IMG/VR virus record: IMGVR_UViG_3300020045_000605
Span: 1-29,618 of that record
Direction: 5' to 3' (one strand)
DNA: 29,618 nucleotides
From: a virus
Taxonomy: Duplodnaviria; Caudoviricetes
The notes under the pieces were generated by a model. That model had not been told where the DNA came from and made no database searches. It saw only the letters and a list, made by a program, of their open reading frames with translations. Below, piece after piece: positions 9,593 to 18,021 of the stretch. The position numbers and the translations under genes were made by a program. Within the stretch, counting starts at the first letter, position 1. Each line of letters begins with the position of its first letter.

Positions 9593-11728
9593 TTATATTA
9601 ATCCTATATCAAACAATTGATCTTCTGCTCCAATTAATCCATCTCGCGAAAGAGCAGTTAAAATTGCTGAAAGTTTTGCAACCCCATCATGGTAGATTTC
9701 TGTTTGTCCAGCTACAGAAGAACGAACAGCTATTACTATACCCTGACTGCCTTCGCTCCACCTGTCGTCGAATATTCCAACTGTGAGAATACCTGAAGCT
9801 GTGAAAGTATCTGGGCATTCATAAATAACACACAGGTCGTTGTCTGTTGACTCGTTAATATTGTGCGTCGAAGTCTTGGCCCATATACTTGATGCTATCT
9901 GTGCTTCTAGTGGAGGGACTGCCACAGGGAAATCATCTAATGGGAGAATATTAGCCGGATCTTCAATTGTGTACCCATACGGGTATGTTATGGTGCTTAC
10001 TGCATAAGGGCTTGGAGGTGGGAGGTAAAATGGGTTATCCACACTCCAATTGGCAAATGTTTGCGCCATATCGTAATACACAAATTTTGCACTAGGGCCG
10101 GTAACTCTCCTCTCAATCGTGGTATTGACAGCAACCGCCAGGGTTGAATCTAATAATACCACATTCTGCATCGGAATCTGAACGTCCTGCTTCAGTCCAA
10201 ATCCACCAGTTACACTCGCGGTAATTGATCTAGCTGCCGTTAATGATCCTACCCTTGTTGCACAGTACCCACTCTGCTGGTGGCACCAGTGTATTAATGT
10301 ATAACATTCTTCAACATATTGGCCGCTTTTTCTTCCTCTAAGCACGTCTGTATATCCAGCAGCATCGATTCCATATATCGACATTCGGACTAGCAACTCA
10401 GACCATGCGGCGTGAGTTTCGTAATAATCTGTTCCGTCCTCCCATACCTCGTAAACGTCATACGATGGGCACGCTGGTGGGGTTGAGCCGCAGTCATCGA
10501 CTGTATATGAATTATCTATCGCTGTATCAGCTTTTAAAATATCGTCCAACTCTCCGCTTTCGTAGACGTATTCTGCGGATGTATATTGCGAATAGCCATT
10601 TGAGACACATTTAAATGTTGACATTGAGCCTGATGCAGTGCATGAATCAACATTAACCCCTGAATCAATAACACACACGACGTTCAATGGGGTTGATTCC
10701 AGTGGTAGCGTCAACGATATTCCAGACCTGTTTAACTCGGTAATATCAGACAGTATGCCAATTGGTTCGCGGAGTGAATCGCTTCCGGTTGTCGTTATTG
10801 AGTAATCATCCCCAACATCCCCTGTAATTGAAAACGTAGTATATGATGAAACTTCCCAATCACCATCAGTTGAAATATCTATAAACGCTATTCCTCCTGC
10901 CATAGATCCAGTAGCTTCAGTGTGAGTTATCGGTTCTGTTATAAGCCATTTTTGTATTACGTGATACCAACACAATGTCCGAGATTCTAAATCTACAAAA
11001 AACCTATTTTGAGGATTTTTGCTGCATTCTGCGTCATAATCCCATTCCCCTCCTCCTGGTAATGGAATTATCGGAGCATATATTATGTTGTCTCCAACTG
11101 ATAAGAAATTATATCCAGCCACAAACCTATCTTTTTTAATTATTCCGGTTGTCGGATTAGCTGCTTCCATGTCAAACGATCTGGTGTAGTTGAAAAACAT
11201 ATAATCAAGCATGGTAACTGCTTGCAGAAATGTTTCATCACTTACATTACGAGACTCGTTGTAATAAATTGTGTCATCTGTTTCAACAACTCCGTATAAT
11301 TCTCCAGTTTCATAGAATGCTATTTGATCAGATATTGCAGGTGCTTCAGTGTTATAAAAGAAATCTATCCAATAATATCTCGTGTCGTCTCTGGTAACAT
11401 GTCCTAATTCGTCAAGGTCTACATCACTGGATTTTCCGACACGAACAAAAAACCTGTTATCGAGCTTACTTCCTATTTCTTTTTTATCTTTAACATTTTC
11501 TTCTTGCAGATAGCTACTTTCATCAACTGTTATTCGTATTGTTTCAAGAGAAAAATGCTTCGCTACTTCAATTAACACTCCGTCATTAGGTGATACTTCA
11601 CTTGTTCCTTGTTGAAGTCCTTGGAAATTTAATGAAGAATTTAGTTCAGCAAGCACACTTTTTGCATATCCAATAAACGATGCTTCGAAGGCTGACCTGT
11701 TGGTGAGTATTATCTTAGGTGGAATCAT
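9593..11728 (-). CDS. Large acidic tail/receptor-binding-like protein
   Basis: The likely start is MIPPKIIL at 11728 (ATGA overlap with the upstream TGA stop). The body is beta-rich, acidic and Cys-rich, and lies in the tail module with visibly higher GC. Confidence 0.5.
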   Translation of the reverse strand: MIPPKIILTNRSAFEASFIGYAKSVLAELNSSLNFQGLQQGTSEVSPNDGVLIEVAKHFSLETIRITVDESSYLQEENVKDKKEIGSKLDNRFFVRVGKSSDVDLDELGHVTRDDTRYYWIDFFYNTEAPAISDQIAFYETGELYGVVETDDTIYYNESRNVSDETFLQAVTMLDYMFFNYTRSFDMEAANPTTGIIKKDRFVAGYNFLSVGDNIIYAPIIPLPGGGEWDYDAECSKNPQNRFFVDLESRTLCWYHVIQKWLITEPITHTEATGSMAGGIAFIDISTDGDWEVSSYTTFSITGDVGDDYSITTTGSDSLREPIGILSDITELNRSGISLTLPLESTPLNVVCVIDSGVNVDSCTASGSMSTFKCVSNGYSQYTSAEYVYESGELDDILKADTAIDNSYTVDDCGSTPPACPSYDVYEVWEDGTDYYETHAAWSELLVRMSIYGIDAAGYTDVLRGRKSGQYVEECYTLIHWCHQQSGYCATRVGSLTAARSITASVTGGFGLKQDVQIPMQNVVLLDSTLAVAVNTTIERRVTGPSAKFVYYDMAQTFANWSVDNPFYLPPPSPYAVSTITYPYGYTIEDPANILPLDDFPVAVPPLEAQIASSIWAKTSTHNINESTDNDLCVIYECPDTFTASGILTVGIFDDRWSEGSQGIVIAVRSSVAGQTEIYHDGVAKLSAILTALSRDGLIGAEDQLFDIGLI

Positions 11729-12069
11729 GCACCACACCGCCTGAATCTTATAGGCTCAAATGCTTTCGGATTGGTTGCTCTAAAATAAAGTTTTGCGTTA
11801 GATTGCAATGAGTATATCGATCTTTTATTTACAAATGCGTGCATATAAAGATTTGCTGTTTTTGCTGTCAGACTAACTATAGCATGTCTTGGATTTACTG
11901 CATGAAATACCAAACTAGGTCTTCTCGCTCTTAATCCAATATTTACTACAGATGGATTTGTCGCCGAAGACTGTATTTGAGGTAAATATGACTCAAGAAA
12001 AAATCTACCTCGATTCCACGTCTTACTTATTAAAGATGCTTTCGGTGCATCTAAATATACAATATTCAT
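11725..12069 (-). CDS. Basic hypothetical protein in tail module
   Basis: 114-aa ORF filling the gap between neighbours; TGA stop coupled to the next ATG. Confidence 0.55.
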   Translation of the reverse strand: MNIVYLDAPKASLISKTWNRGRFFLESYLPQIQSSATNPSVVNIGLRARRPSLVFHAVNPRHAIVSLTAKTANLYMHAFVNKRSIYSLQSNAKLYFRATNPKAFEPIRFRRCGA

Positions 12070-12081
12070 GTGATTATATAC

Positions 12082-12564
12082 TTACGACTTTAATTCAGTA
12101 TGGTAAAATTCATCAATAACGATAGGTTCGTCTTCTACTACGATAGTGTTGCTAACCTGTCCTTCATACGTAGATCCTGTGCCTATTGCAAAGTCAACGC
12201 GAGCCGACGTAGTATCTGCACCAGTTGTATATGAGTTGTCGTACCATCTACCCCACGTTGCAGCTTTTCCAGGTAAAGGCCCAGCTGCTGCTGTTCCAAA
12301 TGCTTTCCATTCTTCCGCAGATGCTTTTGATAATACTCCAGCAGTAGATGTGCCCATATTAAGGCCATTAGTAGATACCCCACCAGTAAATGCTCCAGCA
12401 GATAAAGTAAATAATGCAAGAAGATCAACTGTACCTTCTGTAGCATCAGCGTTTGCAGGTTGTGCGCCGTTAAACCAAGCGACAACACCATCAGCCATAA
12501 TATCTTTTACGCAGCCAGTAACATTTTTTTTATTTACAAATCCTGTCGAATAATTTTCAGCCAT
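12082..12564 (-). CDS. Tail-associated structural protein
   Basis: 160 aa; YSTG...GAQPANADA...ATWGRWY...ARVDFAIGTG pattern typical of small phage tail proteins; SD GAGGTG. Confidence 0.6.
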   Translation of the reverse strand: MAENYSTGFVNKKNVTGCVKDIMADGVVAWFNGAQPANADATEGTVDLLALFTLSAGAFTGGVSTNGLNMGTSTAGVLSKASAEEWKAFGTAAAGPLPGKAATWGRWYDNSYTTGADTTSARVDFAIGTGSTYEGQVSNTIVVEDEPIVIDEFYHTELKS

Positions 12565-12572
12565 ATATCACC

Positions 12573-13505
12573 TCAACCTACTGTATTAATGCAAACTCCA
12601 TTATAAACCACAGTCGCACCGGTTGCGCCTGTTGGATAAATTAACTTGTCTTCAGTCACTACAATTATCCTACCATCTTCAGTTCCTACGCACAGCCCAT
12701 CATCGCTTGACCACATTGCAGATTCACCAGGAAGCTTGAGAATTGAATCGCTCAGGTCAACAAGCTGACAGTTTACTGACCACTCATGAGCAGGTCTGCG
12801 AGAAGGTTTAGCAATCCATGTTAAATCTTTAAAAAGATCTGCTTTACGAATGAAACCAATTTCTTCATTAGTGCTGATCCAAATTCCTCCTTCAACTCCT
12901 TTCATCATTACTATGTCAGCACCAAATAGAAAGAATTTTTTAGCTAAGTTATATTTTCCTATAGCATATGGCTCAGAAACATAAACTATATTACCAATTG
13001 CTATCCACATCATACCTAACCAATACTCAATATGATTACCAACTGGAGCAGGATAAAATTCTCTAGTAGTATTTGCTCCTACATGAGTAGCTTGATCAGG
13101 CCAAGCTGCTGACGTTCCGGAAGTAATAACTCCATTCTGAACACCATTAGTATAATATGTTTGATCTCCTACCTGTGCATATGAAAAATATGCCCCTTTA
13201 ACTAAACCAGAGCGTACACCTGTTAATGAAAAATCATTATTAATCTTATAAAGTGCAGCGTCACTAGTTCTATCTTGAGCGACAAATGCATCTCCTTTAT
13301 TTTGAAATAAAGAATGTGAAGCTATTGTTGATAAAGATATCTGCCCTAATCTTACAGACAATTTCCATGCATCATCAACATCAACATTAACTCCCTCAGC
13401 TAAATCAGTTAATCCCGTTTGAGGATCATTTTGACGTAACCATTTAGGATCTACTTTATTATTTATTCCAGCACATTTAGAAATAATTTTGATTGGATCA
13501 GTCAT
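12573..13505 (-). CDS. Tail protein, probable beta-propeller/nozzle-like
   Basis: 310 aa; GINN...LAEGVNVDVDD...VRLG start and beta-repeat body; follows the adaptor gene. Confidence 0.55.
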   Translation of the reverse strand: MTDPIKIISKCAGINNKVDPKWLRQNDPQTGLTDLAEGVNVDVDDAWKLSVRLGQISLSTIASHSLFQNKGDAFVAQDRTSDAALYKINNDFSLTGVRSGLVKGAYFSYAQVGDQTYYTNGVQNGVITSGTSAAWPDQATHVGANTTREFYPAPVGNHIEYWLGMMWIAIGNIVYVSEPYAIGKYNLAKKFFLFGADIVMMKGVEGGIWISTNEEIGFIRKADLFKDLTWIAKPSRRPAHEWSVNCQLVDLSDSILKLPGESAMWSSDDGLCVGTEDGRIIVVTEDKLIYPTGATGATVVYNGVCINTVG

Positions 13506-13515
13506 AATAAGTATT

Positions 13516-14427
13516 TTACCTAAGCATTAATCCACGAGTATAAGCAGGTATAGATAATTCAAGTGTTCTCATAGCTTCAAGGAAAAGTTTTTTATATTTA
13601 ATTGTATTAGGAGTTTCTCCTTCTACACCATCCTCAAGAATTTCTTGAGCTTTCCAAATAGCAAAATTTACTAACAATGATACTTGTAAATGTTCAGGAA
13701 TACCATCTGGAAAATCTCCATCAGCAACCATAGTAACTGGTTTTCTATAATAATGAATTGTTAATGATTCACTCGTTGTTGGAATACCTTGATAATATAA
13801 TCTATTTCCATGTTCAATAACTTCAGAAACTTTACCAGATTTATTTAATAACGGATAAGTTTCTGTAAATTCAATAAATGAATCAGCAATATCTATTTCA
13901 CTTCCAGTAGAAGATGAAACAAATTGTAAGTCACGATGAAAGTTTGCTGGCATATTTACATAAGCATTTACACCTGTAGATACAGTAGTTATTGTAAACA
14001 AGTCAGGTAATGGTGGTGTTAATGAATTTGGTAATGGGTTATCAATTCCATCTAATAATGATGACATACCTCCAGCAATTTCATAAACTCCTTGATTAAT
14101 AAAATCACCTAAAGAAGTAAATAAATTAGTATCATTAACAATAATATTAGCTCTATCTATTAATGATTTAAAAGTATGTGTAGATGTTGCTACTACAGAA
14201 TCTCCATAAAAAATCTGAAGTTCATCAGTATCAGACATTGTGGCAGTATCATAGACAAGCGTAAAAACTTGTCCAACAAGTGTGCCTGTATTTACTGAAG
14301 AAACTGAATTATAAATAGTAACTTCATCAGTAGCATTTATTATAACTTCAATATTTGCTTCAATTACAGAATCAGTAAAAGTTATTGTTCCTTCACTTGC
14401 ATCAAATGCATAATCAGTTCTTAACAT
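13516..14427 (-). CDS. Head-tail adaptor (tail tubular protein A-like) with extra N-terminal beta domain
   Basis: TFKSLIDRA...DFINQG...LYYQGIPT...LTIHYYRKP...PDGIPEHL...LLVNFAIWKA pattern of podoviral adaptors; SD GGAG. Confidence 0.65.
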   Translation of the reverse strand: MLRTDYAFDASEGTITFTDSVIEANIEVIINATDEVTIYNSVSSVNTGTLVGQVFTLVYDTATMSDTDELQIFYGDSVVATSTHTFKSLIDRANIIVNDTNLFTSLGDFINQGVYEIAGGMSSLLDGIDNPLPNSLTPPLPDLFTITTVSTGVNAYVNMPANFHRDLQFVSSSTGSEIDIADSFIEFTETYPLLNKSGKVSEVIEHGNRLYYQGIPTTSESLTIHYYRKPVTMVADGDFPDGIPEHLQVSLLVNFAIWKAQEILEDGVEGETPNTIKYKKLFLEAMRTLELSIPAYTRGLMLR

Positions 14428-14442
14428 TAAAATTCTCCAAGA

Positions 14443-14688
14443 TTATAAATCATTTGATGTTATTGGATTATTAGGATCAATAAAACTTTCAGTTGGTTCT
14501 GGCCGATATACTGGAACACTTTGCTTATCTCCAAGTGGTTTAGGATCAGTATAATGTGGATGCTTTTCTTCCCAGCAAGTATCTGCACAAACAAATAACT
14601 TATCCCAAGTCATTCTACAGTCAGACGCATATCGCTGAAATCCACATTGATCACAAATAACAAAATAATCACCTGGCTTATATGACAT
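14443..14688 (-). CDS. Small Cys-rich putative Zn-binding phage protein
   Basis: 81 aa with CDQCGF...W...VCADTCWEEKHP...RPEP; SD GAGGA. Confidence 0.75.
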   Translation of the reverse strand: MSYKPGDYFVICDQCGFQRYASDCRMTWDKLFVCADTCWEEKHPHYTDPKPLGDKQSVPVYRPEPTESFIDPNNPITSNDL

Positions 14689-14854
14689 TGTTTAATTCCT
14701 CATTAACAATTCTAATACAATATTTTATAGCTTGAACTCTGATCTTTGCATCAATACCTTTTGGATCAATTATACCTGCATCATCTTTTACTAAGATAAG
14801 TTTTTCTTTTGCAAGCAAACTTTTAAGACGATATAATATGTTTTTATCCTTCAT
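14678..14854 (-). CDS. Unannotated 58-aa hypothetical protein (MKDKNILYRL...EELNNVI)
   Basis: Hand translation. ATGA overlap with the upstream stop; ends overlapping the next gene start and fills the gap exactly. Confidence 0.7.
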   Translation of the reverse strand: MKDKNILYRLKSLLAKEKLILVKDDAGIIDPKGIDAKIRVQAIKYCIRIVNEELNNVI

Positions 14855-15114
14855 GGTGCAATAACCGTTTTAAGTTTTACTCCAGCTCCAAGAACAAGAA
14901 GTCCTATAATACCTGCAAGTAACAATTTTATTAATGTATTTCTTACTGTCTTTTTACTATCATTTACTGCAGTAACAATAGCTTCCGTAAATTCAATAGA
15001 AGCAAGCATTCTTTTAGGATCAATTCCATTAAATCGACAATGACTATCATTTTCATTTAATGCTTCAATAAAAGCTTGAATGTCTTCATTAGATAATTTT
15101 CTACGATCAGTCAT
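14851..15114 (-). CDS. Small membrane protein (holin/antiholin-like, one C-terminal TM helix)
   Basis: 87 aa; hydrophobic LIKLLLAGIIGLLVLGAGV segment. Confidence 0.6.
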   Translation of the reverse strand: MTDRRKLSNEDIQAFIEALNENDSHCRFNGIDPKRMLASIEFTEAIVTAVNDSKKTVRNTLIKLLLAGIIGLLVLGAGVKLKTVIAP

Positions 15115-15131
15115 GTAAAGAGCCTTTTAGA

Positions 15132-15443
15132 TTAAAGATTAGTAGATTCAGAAATAACATCCTTAATCTTTTCTGACTTCCGCCCAAGACCAATTGCCGT
15201 CCAACCTAAACCAAAACTTGCTGCTCCTAATTCAATAGATTTCCAAGCCATATCAATATCTACAGGCCCTGATATTTCAGGAGTATTTAAAGTAGGCCAA
15301 ATAAGTTTCGCAAACATTACAAAACCCATGATAATTTTCACTATTCCTACAAGCAATAATACTATCGCTCCAGCTAAAGTGTTTTTTCCATCAAGTTTAT
15401 TTGATAAATATTTAATTCCAAGCATAGCCACCATTTTATCCAT
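15132..15443 (-). CDS. Holin-like membrane protein
   Basis: 103 aa; DGKNT followed by hydrophobic helices and a basic C-terminal GLGRKSEK; SD AAGGAG. Confidence 0.6.
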   Translation of the reverse strand: MDKMVAMLGIKYLSNKLDGKNTLAGAIVLLLVGIVKIIMGFVMFAKLIWPTLNTPEISGPVDIDMAWKSIELGAASFGLGWTAIGLGRKSEKIKDVISESTNL

Positions 15444-15699
15444 GAGCTCTCCTTTCTTTATACCTTTTAATCATTTTCGCCTTGATCCAAAAGACCATAC
15501 CAAATAATCTGACAAAAGTAAAATAAGTTTTAGCAATCTCCAGATTGCTTGCACGAGTAATTCAAAAGAGCAATTTCATATCTGCAGACAATCGATCAAT
15601 TAGTTGCTCTTCATAATCCTCATCATGAACCCTTCATCAAAAACTTATATCATAACTAAATGGAGAGTCAGGTGATAATGTACACCAATCTTTTTTCAT
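15436..15699 (-). CDS. Phospholipase A2-like protein with three in-frame TGA codons at cysteine positions; candidate selenoprotein (87 aa)
   Basis: Translation: MKKDWCTLSPDSPFSYDISF**RVHDEDYEEQLIDRLSADMKLLF*ITRASNLEIAKTYFTFVRLFGMVFWIKAKMIKRYKERRAHG-TAA. TGA codons are at 15637-15639, 15634-15636 and 15562-15564. The ORF starts 2 nt after the upstream stop and overlaps the downstream start by 8 nt. Confidence 0.75.
15532..15549 (-). promoter_or_regulatory. Putative bacterial SECIS hairpin for TGA codon 46
   Basis: AGCAATC-TGGA-GATTGCT is a perfect 7-bp stem starting 12 nt after the TGA, with a G-containing 4-nt loop. Confidence 0.6.
15610..15629 (-). promoter_or_regulatory. Putative SECIS hairpin for tandem TGA codons 21-22
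   Basis: TTCATGAT-GAGG-ATTATGAA is an 8-bp stem (1 G-U). The loop starts with G, 15 and 12 nt after the two TGAs. Confidence 0.45.
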
Positions 15700-15701
15700 A
15701 A

Positions 15702-16157
15702 CTATTGTCCAGTAACTCGACTGTTATCGGTGCTGGGGTTATACATATTCTCCCAGGACTGCGTTTTGGTGATAGCTGTAGTCGCAGTAAATGGGCTATC
15801 AATCTGTGCATATCCTTTAGCAGAAGTTTGGTTAAATCCAATAAAGGTATTATTGTTGCTGCGATTCAGGTTAAAGCCTTGGCCACTTCCCCCACCACCA
15901 TAAACCGTCCGGAAAACCTCAAGCGCAAGATTTCCCCACGGCAGGGCCGAGGTAATAATTCCTGTTACAGAATCCTCATTCTTTGTGAACATCCCCGTAT
16001 AAAGAGCAGCATTCATTGAAGCCACACAACCAGCCTCTCCTTTGCAATTTGCTACGGCATCAGAAAATGCCCCCATGAATGCGAGTCTGTCGGTTTGATT
16101 GCCAGCACACCCTGAAAGCATCGTCAAAACCGCGATTAAAAGAATTGTCCTGATCAT
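15702..16157 (-). CDS. Lipoprotein
   Basis: Signal peptide MIRTILLIAVLTMLSG followed by lipobox Cys (LSGC); SD GAGG. Confidence 0.75.
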   Translation of the reverse strand: MIRTILLIAVLTMLSGCAGNQTDRLAFMGAFSDAVANCKGEAGCVASMNAALYTGMFTKNEDSVTGIITSALPWGNLALEVFRTVYGGGGSGQGFNLNRSNNNTFIGFNQTSAKGYAQIDSPFTATTAITKTQSWENMYNPSTDNSRVTGQ

Positions 16158-16194
16158 AATTTCCTCGTTTTGGTTGGTGTTCGTTTCTAATCAA

Positions 16195-17685
16195 TCACAC
16201 GAACGTAGGCATAACAACAATCGCATGAATCGCCGCACATGCAGTATGATTTTCGTGTTCTCCGTCAGCTGTGTAGCCAGGAGTCCATTTACCAGAATCA
16301 GTAGTTGATTCCACTAATCTCGTAATCTCGATAAAACTACCATTACCAGATATTCCAGCCCGTATTGCCGCGTTTAATGTGTCATACGTTGACGCATAGC
16401 TAATTGTTTGGTTTTCGACCGTCGCCCAACTATCTGTTGAGGTGGTGTATGGGGTTATAGTTGTCTGATGAACAGTGTTACGGGTATTGAGTCTGGCCCT
16501 AACTGACGCAAGCAAAGCCAGAACTTGGCTGGTGGTGTTAGTTTTACGATCATTTTCCCCACAGGCGCAAATAACCTTATTTGTATAATTAGATAGGACG
16601 CACCTAATTGTCCCGTTCACACCTGCCAAAACCCCGGCAGTTCCGCCTGGAATTGCAGCAGAAATGAATGGTATCTTCAGATTGAAAAGCACTGGAGATA
16701 CCTGACCATAGTTGGTGTTACCGACGGTACCGCTGTCTTTACCAGGAGAGTTTCGGCTATCCCCAAGAACCAATACCGAATCTTTTCTTGTCGGGGCTAT
16801 AATTGCAGATGGGGTATAAACAATGTTCCGTTGAGCCACTGCACCCCCGGCAGTTAAATCTGGAGTAGTAACTCCATACTGTGCCCCCTCACCTAGTCCT
16901 GCGGCTACCTGGTTTGTGCAAATCCTATAGACAATTCGTGTTGCGGAGGTTAGGAACGAGCGAACATAAAACGCGGCATTTGCTGGGATATCAACATCAA
17001 CAACATCACTTATGATATTGCTGCCACTCGGTATTGTTCCGCTTGCCGCACCCACTGCGAATGTAACCAGAGTAAATGTACCAGCTGGGTACTCAATGCT
17101 TGCCTTGATTGTCGCATCACCACCGTGTGCTACTTCTTCCCCATAAAAACTATCAAAAACTAAACGCATCCCAGTGAGATCCTGGTTCGTAACATGGTAA
17201 CTGCGGCTCATTATTTGTTGAGCTGAGTCAACACTTGATGTAGGTACACCGGCATGAGTCGCAACCTGTCCTAAATACAGGTCCGAGTCCGGTGCGCCAA
17301 GATATCGAATAATCTGTGCTGATTTTGCCGCTTGTGTCTCGTCGTAGCCAACAATCCCTCTCCTGCCGATCCACACAAACGATGTGTTTAGCAGCTCATA
17401 CCATTCAATGCCAAACCTGACTATCGGGGTATCCGAGCCATCAAAAAACACACCTCCACCCTCCAGCGTGTCGAGGGTACGCATTACGGTCGTGTCTGGA
17501 AACGCCCATGACGCCGCCAGTAAATCGGCAAAAGTTCCGGTGGTAAGGGTTATGCTTGATTCTCCGATAATATCAACCCCTTCAACCCACCTGGCGATGT
17601 AGCCAGATTGTAGAGAGTTGCCACCATATCTATACATTCCAGCCATGGAAGATTGTAATGAATTTACAATAGATGAGCTAAGCAT
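16195..17685 (-). CDS. Virion-associated SGNH/GDSL hydrolase (esterase/deacetylase)
   Basis: SGNH blocks: VLVLGDSR, IPGG, CGEND, DGEH. The catalytic domain is preceded by beta-rich domains. Confidence 0.8.
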   Translation of the reverse strand: MLSSSIVNSLQSSMAGMYRYGGNSLQSGYIARWVEGVDIIGESSITLTTGTFADLLAASWAFPDTTVMRTLDTLEGGGVFFDGSDTPIVRFGIEWYELLNTSFVWIGRRGIVGYDETQAAKSAQIIRYLGAPDSDLYLGQVATHAGVPTSSVDSAQQIMSRSYHVTNQDLTGMRLVFDSFYGEEVAHGGDATIKASIEYPAGTFTLVTFAVGAASGTIPSGSNIISDVVDVDIPANAAFYVRSFLTSATRIVYRICTNQVAAGLGEGAQYGVTTPDLTAGGAVAQRNIVYTPSAIIAPTRKDSVLVLGDSRNSPGKDSGTVGNTNYGQVSPVLFNLKIPFISAAIPGGTAGVLAGVNGTIRCVLSNYTNKVICACGENDRKTNTTSQVLALLASVRARLNTRNTVHQTTITPYTTSTDSWATVENQTISYASTYDTLNAAIRAGISGNGSFIEITRLVESTTDSGKWTPGYTADGEHENHTACAAIHAIVVMPTFV

Positions 17686-17695
17686 TATTTAAACC

Positions 17696-18004
17696 TTATT
17701 CAAACTTTATACCGAAAGCATTTCCAATACTTTCAGGCTTAGCTATCCGATATGTTCCACGGAAAGGAAGACTAATGCGATTATTAGTTGCATTAAGTAC
17801 ATAAGTAGTACTATCATAAACATAATTCGTCCAATCAGCATCAGTATCTTTTGCAGGACTTGCAACCTTAGGAATTTGAATAGCAACACTTTCTGCAACA
17901 ACAAGTCCAACTATTGAAAGTGATCCATTCATGTTTTGATTATCAATAATTAAAATTGCATTGGCTGCTGCAGTTGTAGATTCAATTAATGTTTTTCCTC
18001 TCAT
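17696..18004 (-). CDS. Small beta-sandwich structural protein
   Basis: 102 aa, beta-rich; SD AAGGTG; structural context. Confidence 0.55.
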   Translation of the reverse strand: MRGKTLIESTTAAANAILIIDNQNMNGSLSIVGLVVAESVAIQIPKVASPAKDTDADWTNYVYDSTTYVLNATNNRISLPFRGTYRIAKPESIGNAFGIKFE

Positions 18005-18021
18005 ATAATCACCTTAAATAT

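Noticed and set aside
15436-15699. Ordinary pseudogene interpretation of the PLA2-like ORF
   Set aside because: Disfavoured but not excluded: all three lesions are TGA at expected Cys columns, there are no other disruptions, and each site has a downstream hairpin.
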